This document shows, in pieces, positions 29,918 to 40,175 of a stretch of 64,000 bases of DNA. The position numbers and the translations under genes are program-made. How positions within the stretch are numbered: the first letter of the stretch is position 1; every line of letters begins with the position of its first letter. Below the pieces are notes generated by a model. It saw only the letters and a list, made by a program, of their open reading frames with translations, was not told the DNA's origin and did not search any database. This DNA comes from Cryomorpha ignava (GTDB taxonomy: Bacteria > Bacteroidota > Bacteroidia > Flavobacteriales_F > PHOS-HE28): the NCBI GenBank assembly GCA_040391235.1, contig JBEBYG010000016.1:1977-65976 (forward strand), given 5' to 3'.

Positions 29918-32230
29918 TCAGGCATCCTCCAACTTCAACCACGCCTGCACCATGCGCAGTTGCCCAAAGCTGTACTTCTCCCCGAAGTGCGCGCGGGCAT
30001 CATTGGTCGCTTTGTCGGTGTTCTCCCGCATCCAATCAGCGATGGTGTCGCGCACAGCATCCTCCATCAACGTGGAGATCTCCACTTCGCCCTCGCCGAT
30101 GCCGCGAGCCGCGTGACCTTCGATGGTGCCCAGGGATAGTTGCCGCAGCGCCGCGACGGTCAGGAGGTCTTTGCCTTCCTTCAGCAGCGCGTAGGTCTTG
30201 CGGTAGGTCTCCCCTTTTTCGGCCTTTCCTTCACCCTTTTTCTTCTTGGTGACGAACATGCCCTCCTCCGTTCGGCTTGCCTTTTTCCGGCCGCTCTTCG
30301 TGGTGGCCTTCGGCTTGTTCTCCGCCGCCCAGTGAGCGATCTCCGCGATCACAGCGGTGCGCTGGGCGCTCAAGTCCCTCTCCAACTCGGGCATTGGCTT
30401 TATGTCCTCCCCCTTCAGGATACATGCCGTCACTCGGCCTGCCTTGGCGATCATCGCGAGCTTCTTCACCAACATGCCATCGATCTCGCGAAGTTGCGCC
30501 GCGTACTCCTTGGTGCGGCTCAATTGCTCCACTTGCGCCAAGTGCTTCAGCAGGTCCTTCATATTCTCTCGGATCAGCGTGCCGTAATAGCTGCTGCCTT
30601 TCTCCACCCGCTCCAGCAGCGTATCGCGCTCATCCCCTTGCAACAGACGTACCAACTGGTGCTGGAAGGTGCGGGTATTCGCGGCTTCCTTCTCGAGTTT
30701 TTCAGCGAAGCGGGTCAGCGCAGTTTTCATGCTAACGTCCTCGAACTCATCCCCATCATGCTCCCTTCGGGTGAGGCCGACCTTCATCAGGATGTCACCC
30801 AGGTCGAAGGTGCTCGTGAGCATGGCATCCAAGTAATGGCGCTGTTGTTCCCTGAGTTGTTCCGGTAGCGGCTGCTGTGTGTGCTGCCGTTCGCTGAAGG
30901 CGATCACATCCTTGTCGGTGCTCACCACCGATGGGTCAATACGCGTGCGCAAAGTGAGTCCAGCCAAGGAACGCAAGCGCGAGAGGGCCACATAGACCTG
31001 CCCCGGGGCAAAGGCACTGCCCACATCGATGATGGCCTTATCAAAGGTGAGGCCTTGGCTCTTATGTACCGTGATGGCCCAAGCGAGCTTTACAGGATAC
31101 TGTGTAAAGGTGCCGAGCACCTCTTCCTTCTGGTCCTTCGTCACCGCGTCCACCGCGTAACGCTTGTTCTCCCATCGCTCCTGTTTCAACGTGTACGGCC
31201 TCCCATCGTCGAGCATCTCCACGTTGATCCCATCCTCTTCGTCGATGGCGATCACCTTGGCCAACTTGCCATTGAAGTAGGCCTTCTCCGGGTCGTTGCG
31301 GATGAACATGATCTGCGCGCCTACCTTCAGCTCCAGGTCCTCAAGTACGGGGATCATACTCTGCGGAAAGTCTCCTTCGATCTTCGCGAGGAAGCGGTGG
31401 GACTTGCCCTGCAGCTTTTCCAGTGCGCGTTGGTTGATCTCGTCCGCGGACCGATTGTGCGTGGTGAGCGTGATCACGCCCTCGGATCCACTGGGCGGAA
31501 TGATCGCGCGGTAATGCGTGTTGAGCGTGGCCACATCCTGCGCGGTCACCGTGTTGTTCCGCAGGTTGTTCAGGATATCTATGAAATTCCCGTCCTGCTG
31601 GCGAAAGATCTTGTCCAGCTCGATGTGCGCATAGCCCGCCTCCTTAAGCGCCCGCGCTTCGAAGAAGTGCGCACTGTCGTACCACTTCCGTAGCACCCTC
31701 CATTCATCCTCCTTCACTACAGGCGGCAATTGGAACAGGTCACCGATCATCAATAGCTGCACGCCTCCGAAGGACCGGTCGTACACGCCACGCACACTGC
31801 GCATGCGGTGGTCGATGGCATCCAAGAGGTCTGCACGTAACATGCTCACCTCGTCGATGATCAGCAGATCGATGCCACGCAACACGCTGCGGCGCACAGT
31901 ATTCAGCGGATGCCGACGATTGAGCGTGTCGCGATCGTGGAACGCGCCGTAGGCCGGAATGTCTGCAGGCATTTGCCGTTCTGGAATGAACGAGCCGAAA
32001 GGAAAGAGGAACTGGGAATGGATGGTGACCCCCTTCGCGTTGAGCGCTGCTATGCCTGTAGGCGCGAGGATCACAAAGCGCTTGTGCGTGTTCCGCGCAA
32101 GCTGGTGTAGAAAGGTGGTCTTGCCGGTACCCGCTTTACCTGTAAGGAAAACGTGCCGTGCGGTGCTGTTCACAAAGCGCGCGGCGAGCGCGGCCATCTC
32201 CGTGGTCTCAAGGGAGGTATCACTGGACAT
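29918..32230 (-). CDS. PIF1/RecD-family ATP-dependent DNA helicase
   Basis: Walker A 'GKAGTGKTT'. Helicase motif 'ITVHKSQGLTFD' and 'VALSRLRS'. Start set at 'MSSDTSL'. Confidence 0.7.
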   Translation of the reverse strand: MSSDTSLETTEMAALAARFVNSTARHVFLTGKAGTGKTTFLHQLARNTHKRFVILAPTGIAALNAKGVTIHSQFLFPFGSFIPERQMPADIPAYGAFHDRDTLNRRHPLNTVRRSVLRGIDLLIIDEVSMLRADLLDAIDHRMRSVRGVYDRSFGGVQLLMIGDLFQLPPVVKEDEWRVLRKWYDSAHFFEARALKEAGYAHIELDKIFRQQDGNFIDILNNLRNNTVTAQDVATLNTHYRAIIPPSGSEGVITLTTHNRSADEINQRALEKLQGKSHRFLAKIEGDFPQSMIPVLEDLELKVGAQIMFIRNDPEKAYFNGKLAKVIAIDEEDGINVEMLDDGRPYTLKQERWENKRYAVDAVTKDQKEEVLGTFTQYPVKLAWAITVHKSQGLTFDKAIIDVGSAFAPGQVYVALSRLRSLAGLTLRTRIDPSVVSTDKDVIAFSERQHTQQPLPEQLREQQRHYLDAMLTSTFDLGDILMKVGLTRREHDGDEFEDVSMKTALTRFAEKLEKEAANTRTFQHQLVRLLQGDERDTLLERVEKGSSYYGTLIRENMKDLLKHLAQVEQLSRTKEYAAQLREIDGMLVKKLAMIAKAGRVTACILKGEDIKPMPELERDLSAQRTAVIAEIAHWAAENKPKATTKSGRKKASRTEEGMFVTKKKKGEGKAEKGETYRKTYALLKEGKDLLTVAALRQLSLGTIEGHAARGIGEGEVEISTLMEDAVRDTIADWMRENTDKATNDARAHFGEKYSFGQLRMVQAWLKLEDA

Positions 32231-32584
32231 TGCGCCCAAGGTCGGGCTTGTTGGGGAAAGTTCGCGATCGGTCGTAGGGGCTTCTACTTCACGGGGCATG
32301 CTTTAAAGATGAACGGAACGGCTCCGGGGCTTGACGACTTCATCGTCACCGGCACTTGTGCAAGATAATACACCCGCGGAAAGGCTCTCTGGAAAGGTCC
32401 GATGCACACCGGACCGATGTGCGCCCTCCGTTCCTCCCCACCTATTTCCTATGGCGTTCTGTCCTCATCAACATGTCAATTATACTTCAACAACCAAATG
32501 CTCAACGCCCATCCGGTCCTAGACTTCGGCGGCGATATAATTTGGCGATGTATCTTTCGGAAGCGTTGATCGTGCCATACCATC

Positions 32585-33226
32585 ATGGAAAACATCCGGA
32601 TCATTGTAGTGGATAACCAAGAGCTGGTAGCGGTTGGGATCGCAGCACGTTTGGCTGATACGCCGGAGATCAATGTGGTAGGACATGCCAAGTCCGGAAA
32701 GGCCCTGTTGGAAGGGCTGCGATCAACACAGCCGGACCTGGTGATCATCGATGTTTCCCTGCATGAGATGGATGGCATCGACACCACGCGACAGCTGACC
32801 AAGCTCTCTCCTGGCCTGAAGGTGCTGGCACATTCAGCCCTCAGCCAGATCGAGTATGTGAACAGCATGCTCATTGAAGGGGCGTGCGGCTATGTGGTGA
32901 AGGAAGGCCCTCGGGAGGAACTGATAGAGGCCATACAGACCGTTATGGCCGGCGGCACATACATCAGCCCTGCGGCGCGGGATAGCATCGCCAAAGGATA
33001 TCGATACACGGAGAAGCGGGTGGATGGCGCCTACATAGGGCTCACCGCACGCGAACGGGAAGTGATCCGCCTGATAGCACTGGAGCGCACCAACAGCGAG
33101 ATCTCCGCAGCGCTCAGCATCAGCGAGGACACGGTAAAGACACACCGCAAGAACCTGATGGGCAAGTTGAACGTGCGGGGTGTGGCCGGGCTGGTGAAGT
33201 ACGCCGTGGACCGCTGTTGGGTATAG
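32585..33226 (+). CDS. NarL/LuxR-family response regulator
   Basis: Receiver domain ('IIVVDNQELV...DLVIIDVSL'). C-terminal LuxR HTH ('LTAREREVIRLIALERTNSEISAALSISEDTVKTHRKNLMGKL'). Confidence 0.85.
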   Translation: MENIRIIVVDNQELVAVGIAARLADTPEINVVGHAKSGKALLEGLRSTQPDLVIIDVSLHEMDGIDTTRQLTKLSPGLKVLAHSALSQIEYVNSMLIEGACGYVVKEGPREELIEAIQTVMAGGTYISPAARDSIAKGYRYTEKRVDGAYIGLTAREREVIRLIALERTNSEISAALSISEDTVKTHRKNLMGKLNVRGVAGLVKYAVDRCWV

Positions 33227-33316
33227 CGGAAATCCACCTTAGTGGGTATTGTGGACGCGTTTTGAGCGCCGGAGATTTGTATCCGACGACGCACTTCTGC
33301 ATCCAATACCACTGCA

Positions 33317-33838
33317 ATGAAAACGCTAGCCCTCCTTCGCCAAGGTCTTCCCTTCTGCGCATTTCTTGCCTTCAGCACCTGCGCACCGCTGAACTGCGAG
33401 GCCCAAGGCAAATCGGCGCGCGTGATCATCCGGGGCCAAGTATTGGTGGATGACACCATCTGTAACGGCATATTGGAAATAGTGGAAGTGGACAACTCCG
33501 TATGTATTCCATTGATAATGGGCCCAAACGGCCACTTCGAACTAGTACTGGCTGCAGGAAACAAGGCCTACCTCCGCTTCGAACGGGAAGGCTATCTAAC
33601 CAAGGAGATCTTGGTGGATACCCAGAACGCCAACATCACGCGTGAGTCGATCAAGAAGAACAAGGTGTTGCGCTTTGCGGTTGAGATGGTCCCTGAACGA
33701 GCCGACAAGAAGCTTCACTACGCAGGCCCGGTAGGCGTGATCCGGTTCCTTAAAGGCTCTGGGTTAATGAAGATAAAGTATGACCACAGCCTGGTACGCA
33801 GTAATGATGGAGACATCGTATCCAATGACGTTTACTAA
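33317..33838 (+). CDS. Hypothetical secreted protein
   Basis: Signal peptide. No recognised family. Confidence 0.4.
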   Translation: MKTLALLRQGLPFCAFLAFSTCAPLNCEAQGKSARVIIRGQVLVDDTICNGILEIVEVDNSVCIPLIMGPNGHFELVLAAGNKAYLRFEREGYLTKEILVDTQNANITRESIKKNKVLRFAVEMVPERADKKLHYAGPVGVIRFLKGSGLMKIKYDHSLVRSNDGDIVSNDVY

Positions 33839-33917
33839 GTGCCTTCCACCCATCGACCCGCGCGTCATTGATGAACATCATTGATACGCGGGTCTTCCGT
33901 TTGTACCTTCGACTACT

Positions 33918-34259
33918 ATGAATTGGAAACCGTTGAATACACTCGCACAGCTTGATGAGATCGATGCCGCCTCGCAGGAGAAGCCGGTGCTGATCTTCAA
34001 GCATAGCACCCGTTGCAACATCAGCGCCACAGCGTTGAGCCGTTTGGAACGCGCTTGGACGTCTGCCGATGATGCCGCTCATACGGCTTACCATCTCGAC
34101 CTCTTGGCTCACCGCGACATCTCCGATGCCATTGCACAACGCTATGGCGTGGAGCATGAGTCGCCTCAGACCTTGGTGATCAGGAACGGGAAATGCGTGC
34201 ATGTGGCCACGCACTTGGGAATCACATACGCCGACACGGTGGGGACGTTGGCTGCTTGA
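33918..34259 (+). CDS. ytxJ: YtxJ-like thioredoxin-fold protein (bacillithiol-system type)
   Basis: 'TRCNIS' single-Cys motif in a ~110-aa thioredoxin-like protein. Confidence 0.6.
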   Translation: MNWKPLNTLAQLDEIDAASQEKPVLIFKHSTRCNISATALSRLERAWTSADDAAHTAYHLDLLAHRDISDAIAQRYGVEHESPQTLVIRNGKCVHVATHLGITYADTVGTLAA

Positions 34260-34547
34260 ACTTCCCGGCGAACACTAAGTCACTCGAAAGGGCGATCGTT
34301 CGCTATCCCGCACTCGGATCATTCCGGAGTGCCCGCTCTTTGTGACCTCGGGCCATCCTCAATTCAACTACTTGTAAGCCCCAGAGGCTGGTGTTACCGA
34401 GAGATGCTCATGTGATCTAGAGGTCGTACGGATTTCGCTATCGGCTGCGGATCCGTGGCAGGCTCGGCGATTAAAAGTGTCAAGCACACGGGCAGCCTTT
34501 TGAAAGCGTCCATTCAGTCGAGTGCCGCAGGAAGAATGTTGAGGAAC

Positions 34548-34584
34548 GAAAAAGCCCCCACCGGAATCGGCGGGGGCTTTTTAA
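34548..34584. terminator. Bidirectional rho-independent terminator
   Basis: 'aaaaagcccccaccggaatcggcgggggcttttt'. An A-run and a T-run flank a GC stem. It lies immediately 3' of the minus-strand gene at 34601. Confidence 0.7.
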
Positions 34585-34600
34585 ACGGATGGGATCCGGC

Positions 34601-36310
34601 TTAGAGACCGAGGTTGCCCTGGTAGTTGCGGAATTCGAGGTCCTTCATGGCCTTAGCCTTCAGGCTGGGGTCCATTTGTACTGCAGCAGCGAGGTTGGTG
34701 CGTACACCTTCGCCATTGTTGGTGCGGGCAGCGATGATGGCTGCGACGTAGTGCCCGTGGGCGCTGTTCTTATCGGGGCTGGCTGCCAAGATGGTACCTG
34801 CTCCAGCTGCATCGCCACCGAGCATTTTCGCCAAAGCGGCATTCAGGGTGTTCTGTCCGGCCATGTTGCTGTTGGCGCTGGAGTAGTTACCGTTCTGAAT
34901 GTCGATGATGCCCTGGTTGTACTTTACATCAGGACCAGCTGCTCCGGCCTTTGCGAACAGCTCTGCTGCCTTCTTACGATCACCTTCTTGACGAGCGATC
35001 ACACCGAGGTTATTCGTGCTCACTGGGTTGTCCATGATGCCGTTCGCCTTCTGGAACTGGGCCTTGGCCTCAGCGCTCTTGCCCTGTTGGAAGAGGATGT
35101 AACCCACGTTGTTGGCAGTGCGGTAGTCCTGTGGGTACATGCGCTCAGCCTCCTTGTAAATACGCAGTTTCTCGTTCAGGTCGTTGGTGAGGGTAGCAGC
35201 CTTCAGGATCTCTTCGATCTTGAGGGTGTCAGGATTGCTCTTGCTAAGTGCGGTGAGTTCCTCATCGCTATAGCCATTCACCTCGTAATTCAGCTTGATC
35301 TCAGAGCGACGGAGCTTAGGAAGGATGTCTTCAGCGATCTCCTTATAGGTTGCCGCCATGTTCTTTATCTCCTGCTCACGCTTGGTCACATCGGGATACA
35401 TCTCAAGTACGCGCAGTACGAGGTCCTTATCCGTGAAGTTGCTGGCCTGGATGGCGGCTTTGAAACCGGCCCAGTCCTCACCACGTGGGTTCAAGGTGTA
35501 GAATCCAGCACCTTTTTCACCAGCGATCTTGTTTGCCTGTAGAACTCCTTGGATCCAGCGCTTACCGGTGGCGGCACGCTTCTCGGCCAAGTTCTCGTTC
35601 ATGTTCACCTCACCTTCGGGTGAAGCGTAGGCATCAATGGTAACCCCTTTCCAAGTAATGCGGGCATTCCCCTTATTGCTCTTCACGAAGGCGGCAACAT
35701 CCTTCACATCCTTGTCCTGTAGTTCAGCGGGACGAACCACCTCCGATGCTACCAAGTAGTTGATGGTGGCATCCGCGCTATGCGTGGTCACGCGTTCGAA
35801 CTTGTCGACACCGATGATGACACGGTCATCGCTCATCACCAAGTATGGGGTGGTGATCACACCATCAGCGAGCTTCACCGCGGTGAACGACTTTTCCTTC
35901 TTGCCCTGTTTGCCCAAGATGTTGAGCATCAGCTGGCTTTGCTCCATTGCTGGAGTGTAGGCCACTTTGTCGCTATAGCTAAAGGCTTTTCCGCTCTCGT
36001 AGGGTACTACGGTATAGTTGCCCGCGGCCTTTTCACCTTGGAAACCAGCCATCTTCAATGGCGACTCACCACTGCTGTAGGTAATGGTAGGTGTGAGTTC
36101 AACCTGGGCCTTTTTGTAGAAATATTTCCCCGGGAAATTCCCATTGATGTTCACATGCACGGTGTCGCCCTTTACGATCAAGGGATCGGGGTCCACGGTG
36201 TGCGTGATGGTTGAGGCGTACTTGTCCATTTTTCCGAGACCGCCGCAACCGGCGACCACCAAGGCTGTCGCGGCCAACATGGCGATGCCTGTAAGGTGAT
36301 TTTGTTCCAT
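34601..36310 (-). CDS. TPR-repeat lipoprotein
   Basis: Start at 'MEQNHLTGIAMLAATALVVAGCG' (lipobox). C-terminal TPR-like repeats ('AEAKAQFQKANGI...NNLGVIARQEGDRKKAAELFAKA'). Confidence 0.55.
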   Translation of the reverse strand: MEQNHLTGIAMLAATALVVAGCGGLGKMDKYASTITHTVDPDPLIVKGDTVHVNINGNFPGKYFYKKAQVELTPTITYSSGESPLKMAGFQGEKAAGNYTVVPYESGKAFSYSDKVAYTPAMEQSQLMLNILGKQGKKEKSFTAVKLADGVITTPYLVMSDDRVIIGVDKFERVTTHSADATINYLVASEVVRPAELQDKDVKDVAAFVKSNKGNARITWKGVTIDAYASPEGEVNMNENLAEKRAATGKRWIQGVLQANKIAGEKGAGFYTLNPRGEDWAGFKAAIQASNFTDKDLVLRVLEMYPDVTKREQEIKNMAATYKEIAEDILPKLRRSEIKLNYEVNGYSDEELTALSKSNPDTLKIEEILKAATLTNDLNEKLRIYKEAERMYPQDYRTANNVGYILFQQGKSAEAKAQFQKANGIMDNPVSTNNLGVIARQEGDRKKAAELFAKAGAAGPDVKYNQGIIDIQNGNYSSANSNMAGQNTLNAALAKMLGGDAAGAGTILAASPDKNSAHGHYVAAIIAARTNNGEGVRTNLAAAVQMDPSLKAKAMKDLEFRNYQGNLGL

Positions 36311-36470
36311 GTGTTGATCAGTTTGTTTTTTTCCAGATCTCCGCAAACTTAATCACCATCCATGCCACAACGCTGAGACGTGCACCTAACAGTTGTACAC
36401 ATTCCATAGTGGGTGATCAAGGAATCCCCGGAAAGCGCAGGCAACAGCACCTCTGAGGTTGGAACAAGTA

Positions 36471-37106
36471 TCAGAGCTCGACCACGTAATGGCCAGGTTC
36501 CCGAACCGTGGCGATATGCCCCAAGAAGTGGCGGTAAGCATCCTTGTCCTTCAGCAGGTCCTTTCCATTGAGGTCCACGATCAACACCCGCCCCCCTTCA
36601 AGTTTGCGCAGATGGTCCAAATACCGCTCTTGGAGCTGTTCGAGGTAGTCCACGCTGATCTGTTGCTCGTATGACCTTCCTCGTGTACGTATGCGCTCGC
36701 GAACCATGTTCATGGGTAAGTGCAGGTACACGAGCAGTTCCGGTTTGGGAAGACCACTATACATGATCGTATAGAGGTCGCGGAAGAGTGCGTGCTCGTC
36801 GGGTGGCAAAGTGGCGCCGGCAAAAACGAGTGATTTTCCGATGGAGTAATCCGCGATGGTCATGGGATTGAAGAGACTCCGCTCCCCCACTCGCTTGAGC
36901 TGGTGGTAGCGTTCAGCCAGAAAGGAGAGCTCCAATGTGAAGGCATGTCTGGCCGGGTCCTCGTAGAATTGAGGCAGGAAGGGGTTGTCCTCAAATGCTT
37001 CGAGCAGGGTGGCCGCGTCCCATTCCGCAGCGAGGCGCTTGGCCAAGGTTGTCTTTCCCGCGCCGATAAGGCCCTCCACGGCAATGTATCCGTATGGAGG
37101 CTTCAT
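36471..37106 (-). CDS. Deoxynucleoside kinase
   Basis: 'GLIGAGKTTLAKRL' P-loop and dNK-family layout. Overlaps folK in an ATGA arrangement. Confidence 0.8.
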   Translation of the reverse strand: MKPPYGYIAVEGLIGAGKTTLAKRLAAEWDAATLLEAFEDNPFLPQFYEDPARHAFTLELSFLAERYHQLKRVGERSLFNPMTIADYSIGKSLVFAGATLPPDEHALFRDLYTIMYSGLPKPELLVYLHLPMNMVRERIRTRGRSYEQQISVDYLEQLQERYLDHLRKLEGGRVLIVDLNGKDLLKDKDAYRHFLGHIATVREPGHYVVEL

Positions 37107-37573
37107 GGCTTTTGCAGGGCTTGGTTCAGGAGGTCCATCACTGTGCGCTTCAGCAGTGGATGCACAAGGTCCGGTATGATATCGGCAGCCGGAGCCAAGG
37201 CGAAGGTGCGCTCATGCACACGCGGATGGGGTATGGATAGGCCGGGCTGCTCGATCACCTCATCACCGATGAAGAGTATGTCGAGGTCGATGGTGCGGGA
37301 GGTATAACCGGCACCTGAAGTCCGCTCCCTCCCCAACTCTTCTTCGATCTCCAGGAGTCGTTCCATCACTCTTCCTGGATCCATGATCGACTCCAGCAGC
37401 ACGGCACGGTTGAGGAAGAGCCGACTATCCTGGAAGCCCCAAGGTTCGGTCCAATGGTCCCTGCTGGAAGCGACGATGCGGCCGATTCGGTCTTCAATGA
37501 GCGTGGTGGCACGGGCAAATGTGGCATGCGGCTCGCCGCGGTTCGCGCCCAATAGCAGTGTAAACTCGGCCAT
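37103..37573 (-). CDS. folK: 2-amino-4-hydroxy-6-hydroxymethyldihydropteridine diphosphokinase
   Basis: HPPK motifs ('GANRGEP', 'EPWGFQDSRLFLN', 'RTIDLDILF'). Confidence 0.85.
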   Translation of the reverse strand: MAEFTLLLGANRGEPHATFARATTLIEDRIGRIVASSRDHWTEPWGFQDSRLFLNRAVLLESIMDPGRVMERLLEIEEELGRERTSGAGYTSRTIDLDILFIGDEVIEQPGLSIPHPRVHERTFALAPAADIIPDLVHPLLKRTVMDLLNQALQKP

Positions 37574-37776
37574 GCGTCAAAGTAAAGATGCCTATTGGAT
37601 CAGAAGATCACAAAATCAGATGATCGGACAATTGAATGCCTTCGCCTCGATATGGATCGCATGTCCCGTCTTTGCCCGGAGCCTGGTGACTGGCGCTCGT
37701 AACCGACTGCTGGTTCCGGATCGCCCAATGCTACTGCCGACTCAAGACTCTCGTCCCTGCGTGGTCTTCACCTCCC

Positions 37777-38859
37777 TCAAACCCCTTCCCCAGCCTTCAG
37801 CTTCTCGGTGCGGTCGGCCAGTTGAAGTGCATCTATGATGTCATCCAAGCCACCGTCCATCACTTCCGTGAGGTTGTGTACCGTGAGTTCGATCCGGTGA
37901 TCGGTGATCCGGCTCTGCGGGTAGTTGTATGTTCTGATCTTTGCACTGCGGTCGCCGCTGGCTACTTGGCTGCGTCGATGGGCAGAAACGGCGGCTTCTT
38001 CGGAACGGACCTTTTCATCGTAAAGCTTGTTCCGAAGCATCTGCATAGCCTTTATGCGGTTGCCAAGCTGGGATCTATCGGTCTGGCACATTACCACGAT
38101 CCCTGTAGGGATGTGCGTAAGGCGCACCTTGGTCTCCACCTTGTTCACGTTCTGTCCACCGGCCCCGCCGCTCCGGGCGGTTTCCATCTTCACATCGCTT
38201 TCCTTCAGTTCCACGTCGTACTCCTCCGCCTGCGGAAGCACAATGACGGTGGCGGCACTGGTGTGGATGCGTCCACTGGCCTCGGTGCGAGGCACCCGTT
38301 GCACACGGTGTACCCCGGCCTCGAATTTCAGCACGCCATACACGCCACTCCCAGAGATGTTCAGCACCACCTCTTTCACACCACCAGCACTGTTCTCGCT
38401 TATATCGCCCACTTCCACCTTCCAGCCTTTGTGATCGCAGAAGCGGGAGTACATCCGGTACAGGTCGCCGGCAAAGATGCCAGCTTCATCACCGCCGGTA
38501 CCGGCACGGATCTCCATGGTGCAGTCGCGATCGTCGTTCGGGTCCTTCGGAACGAGCATCAAGCGGATCTCCTCTTCCATCCGCTCGATCGTAGCGGTGA
38601 GTTCATTCTTCTCCGATCGCGCCATCTCCAACATTTCCGGGTCGCGCTCACTGCGGAGCATTTCCTCAGCCCCCCTCAGGTCTTCCACGGCGCGGCGGAA
38701 CCTTTCATATGCCTCATCCACCCCTGCGAGGTCGCGGTATTCCCGGTTGAGGTCCACAAAGCGTTTGCGGTCGGCAATGACGTCCGGATCGGCCAGCTGT
38801 TTCCCTACTTCCTCGCGTCGATCGTGTATGCCGGAAAGCTTGCTGAGGAGGTCGTTCAT
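37777..38859 (-). CDS. prfA: Peptide chain release factor 1
   Basis: '[10 protein letters not shown]' GGQ motif. 'VQRVPRTE' PxT-type codon-recognition loop. Single unshifted ORF of 360 aa. Confidence 0.85.
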   Translation of the reverse strand: MNDLLSKLSGIHDRREEVGKQLADPDVIADRKRFVDLNREYRDLAGVDEAYERFRRAVEDLRGAEEMLRSERDPEMLEMARSEKNELTATIERMEEEIRLMLVPKDPNDDRDCTMEIRAGTGGDEAGIFAGDLYRMYSRFCDHKGWKVEVGDISENSAGGVKEVVLNISGSGVYGVLKFEAGVHRVQRVPRTEASGRIHTSAATVIVLPQAEEYDVELKESDVKMETARSGGAGGQNVNKVETKVRLTHIPTGIVVMCQTDRSQLGNRIKAMQMLRNKLYDEKVRSEEAAVSAHRRSQVASGDRSAKIRTYNYPQSRITDHRIELTVHNLTEVMDGGLDDIIDALQLADRTEKLKAGEGV

Positions 38860-38936
38860 TGGAGGGAAGGCTTGGCGGCCTGTGATCGAAGCGGCTGCGC
38901 CTGCAAAGTTGCGAATATGTATGCGGCCATGCCGAC

Positions 38937-40115
38937 TTAAGCGGAATACGTGAAGGTGCCGTGGGGACCTGTGATCACCACTTGCTTGCTCGTTGCGGCC
39001 TCCACCCTACCGATCACCCGTGCCTCGATCCCGAAGGATGCGGAAATACTGATGATCTCCGCTGCGCGTGCCGCTGGCACATAGAACTCTAACCGATGCC
39101 CCATATTGAAGACCTGGTACATCTCCTTCCAAGGCGTTCCGCTCATGCGCTGGATCGCGGTGAAGAGCGGTGGTACGGGTAACAAACTGTCCTTGATCAC
39201 CCGCAGGTCCTTGATGAAGTGAAGCACCTTGGTTTGTGCTCCACCACTACAATGGATCATCCCGTGTACCTCCTTCCGCATGGCAGTCAACACTTCCCGC
39301 ACCACGGGTGCATAGGTCCGCGTTGGCGAAAGCACTGCTCGTCCGTGATCCAAGGGAGTACCTTCCAAAGGGTCGGTCAACCTGGCCCGACCACTGTAGA
39401 CAAGGTCGCTGGGTGTGGCGGGATCGAAGGTCTCCGGATAGGTGGTGGCGAGCGCTTTGTTAAAGATGTCGTGCCGCGCACTGGTAAGGCCATTGCTGCC
39501 CATGCCGGCGTTGTACTCATCCTCATAGCTGGCCTGGCCATAGCTGGCAAGGCCCACGATCACATCGCCAGCAGCGATATTGGCGTTGTCCACCACTTGG
39601 TCGCGGCGCATGCGACAGGTCACTGTGCTGTCCACGATCACGGTGCGCACGAGATCGCCCACATCAGCGGTTTCTCCGCCTGTGCTATGGATCCCGATAC
39701 CGAGGTCACGCATGTTCTGGAGGAATTCCTCCGTGCCTTGGATGATGGCGGAGATCACCTCTCCGGGGATCAAGCGCTTGTTCCTTCCGATGGTGCTGCT
39801 AAGAAGGATGTTATCGGTGGCGCCTACGCAAAGCAGGTCGTCAAGATTCATCACCACCGCATCCTGGGCGATCCCCTTCCACACGTTGATGTCGCCCGTC
39901 TCTTTCCAGTAGGCGTAGGCCAATGCGCTCTTGGTGCCGGCACCGTCGGCATGCATTACGATGCAATGTTCGGAGCTTCCCGCCAGTAGGTCGGGTACGA
40001 TCTTGCAAAAGGCCTGTGGGAACAATCCTTTGTCCACCTTGGCGATGGCCTTATGGACGTCCTCCTTACCGCTGCTTACGCCGCGTTGTTCATAACGGGA
40101 AGTCTTCTCTTCCAT
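38937..40115 (-). CDS. AIR synthase-related (PurM-superfamily) protein
   Basis: PurM-like N- and C-domain motifs ('HADGAGTKS', '[10 protein letters not shown]'). Start set at 'MEEKTSRY'. Confidence 0.7.
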   Translation of the reverse strand: MEEKTSRYEQRGVSSGKEDVHKAIAKVDKGLFPQAFCKIVPDLLAGSSEHCIVMHADGAGTKSALAYAYWKETGDINVWKGIAQDAVVMNLDDLLCVGATDNILLSSTIGRNKRLIPGEVISAIIQGTEEFLQNMRDLGIGIHSTGGETADVGDLVRTVIVDSTVTCRMRRDQVVDNANIAAGDVIVGLASYGQASYEDEYNAGMGSNGLTSARHDIFNKALATTYPETFDPATPSDLVYSGRARLTDPLEGTPLDHGRAVLSPTRTYAPVVREVLTAMRKEVHGMIHCSGGAQTKVLHFIKDLRVIKDSLLPVPPLFTAIQRMSGTPWKEMYQVFNMGHRLEFYVPAARAAEIISISASFGIEARVIGRVEAATSKQVVITGPHGTFTYSA

Positions 40116-40175
40116 GTGGTTAAAGTAAAAAGGCACCCCATTAAAGTGGGATGCCTTTCTTCTGATTCGTTGGGC

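Noticed and set aside
34589-35542. 317-aa plus-strand ORF
   Set aside because: Antisense to the TPR lipoprotein gene.
37822-38940. 372-aa plus-strand ORF
   Set aside because: Antisense to prfA.
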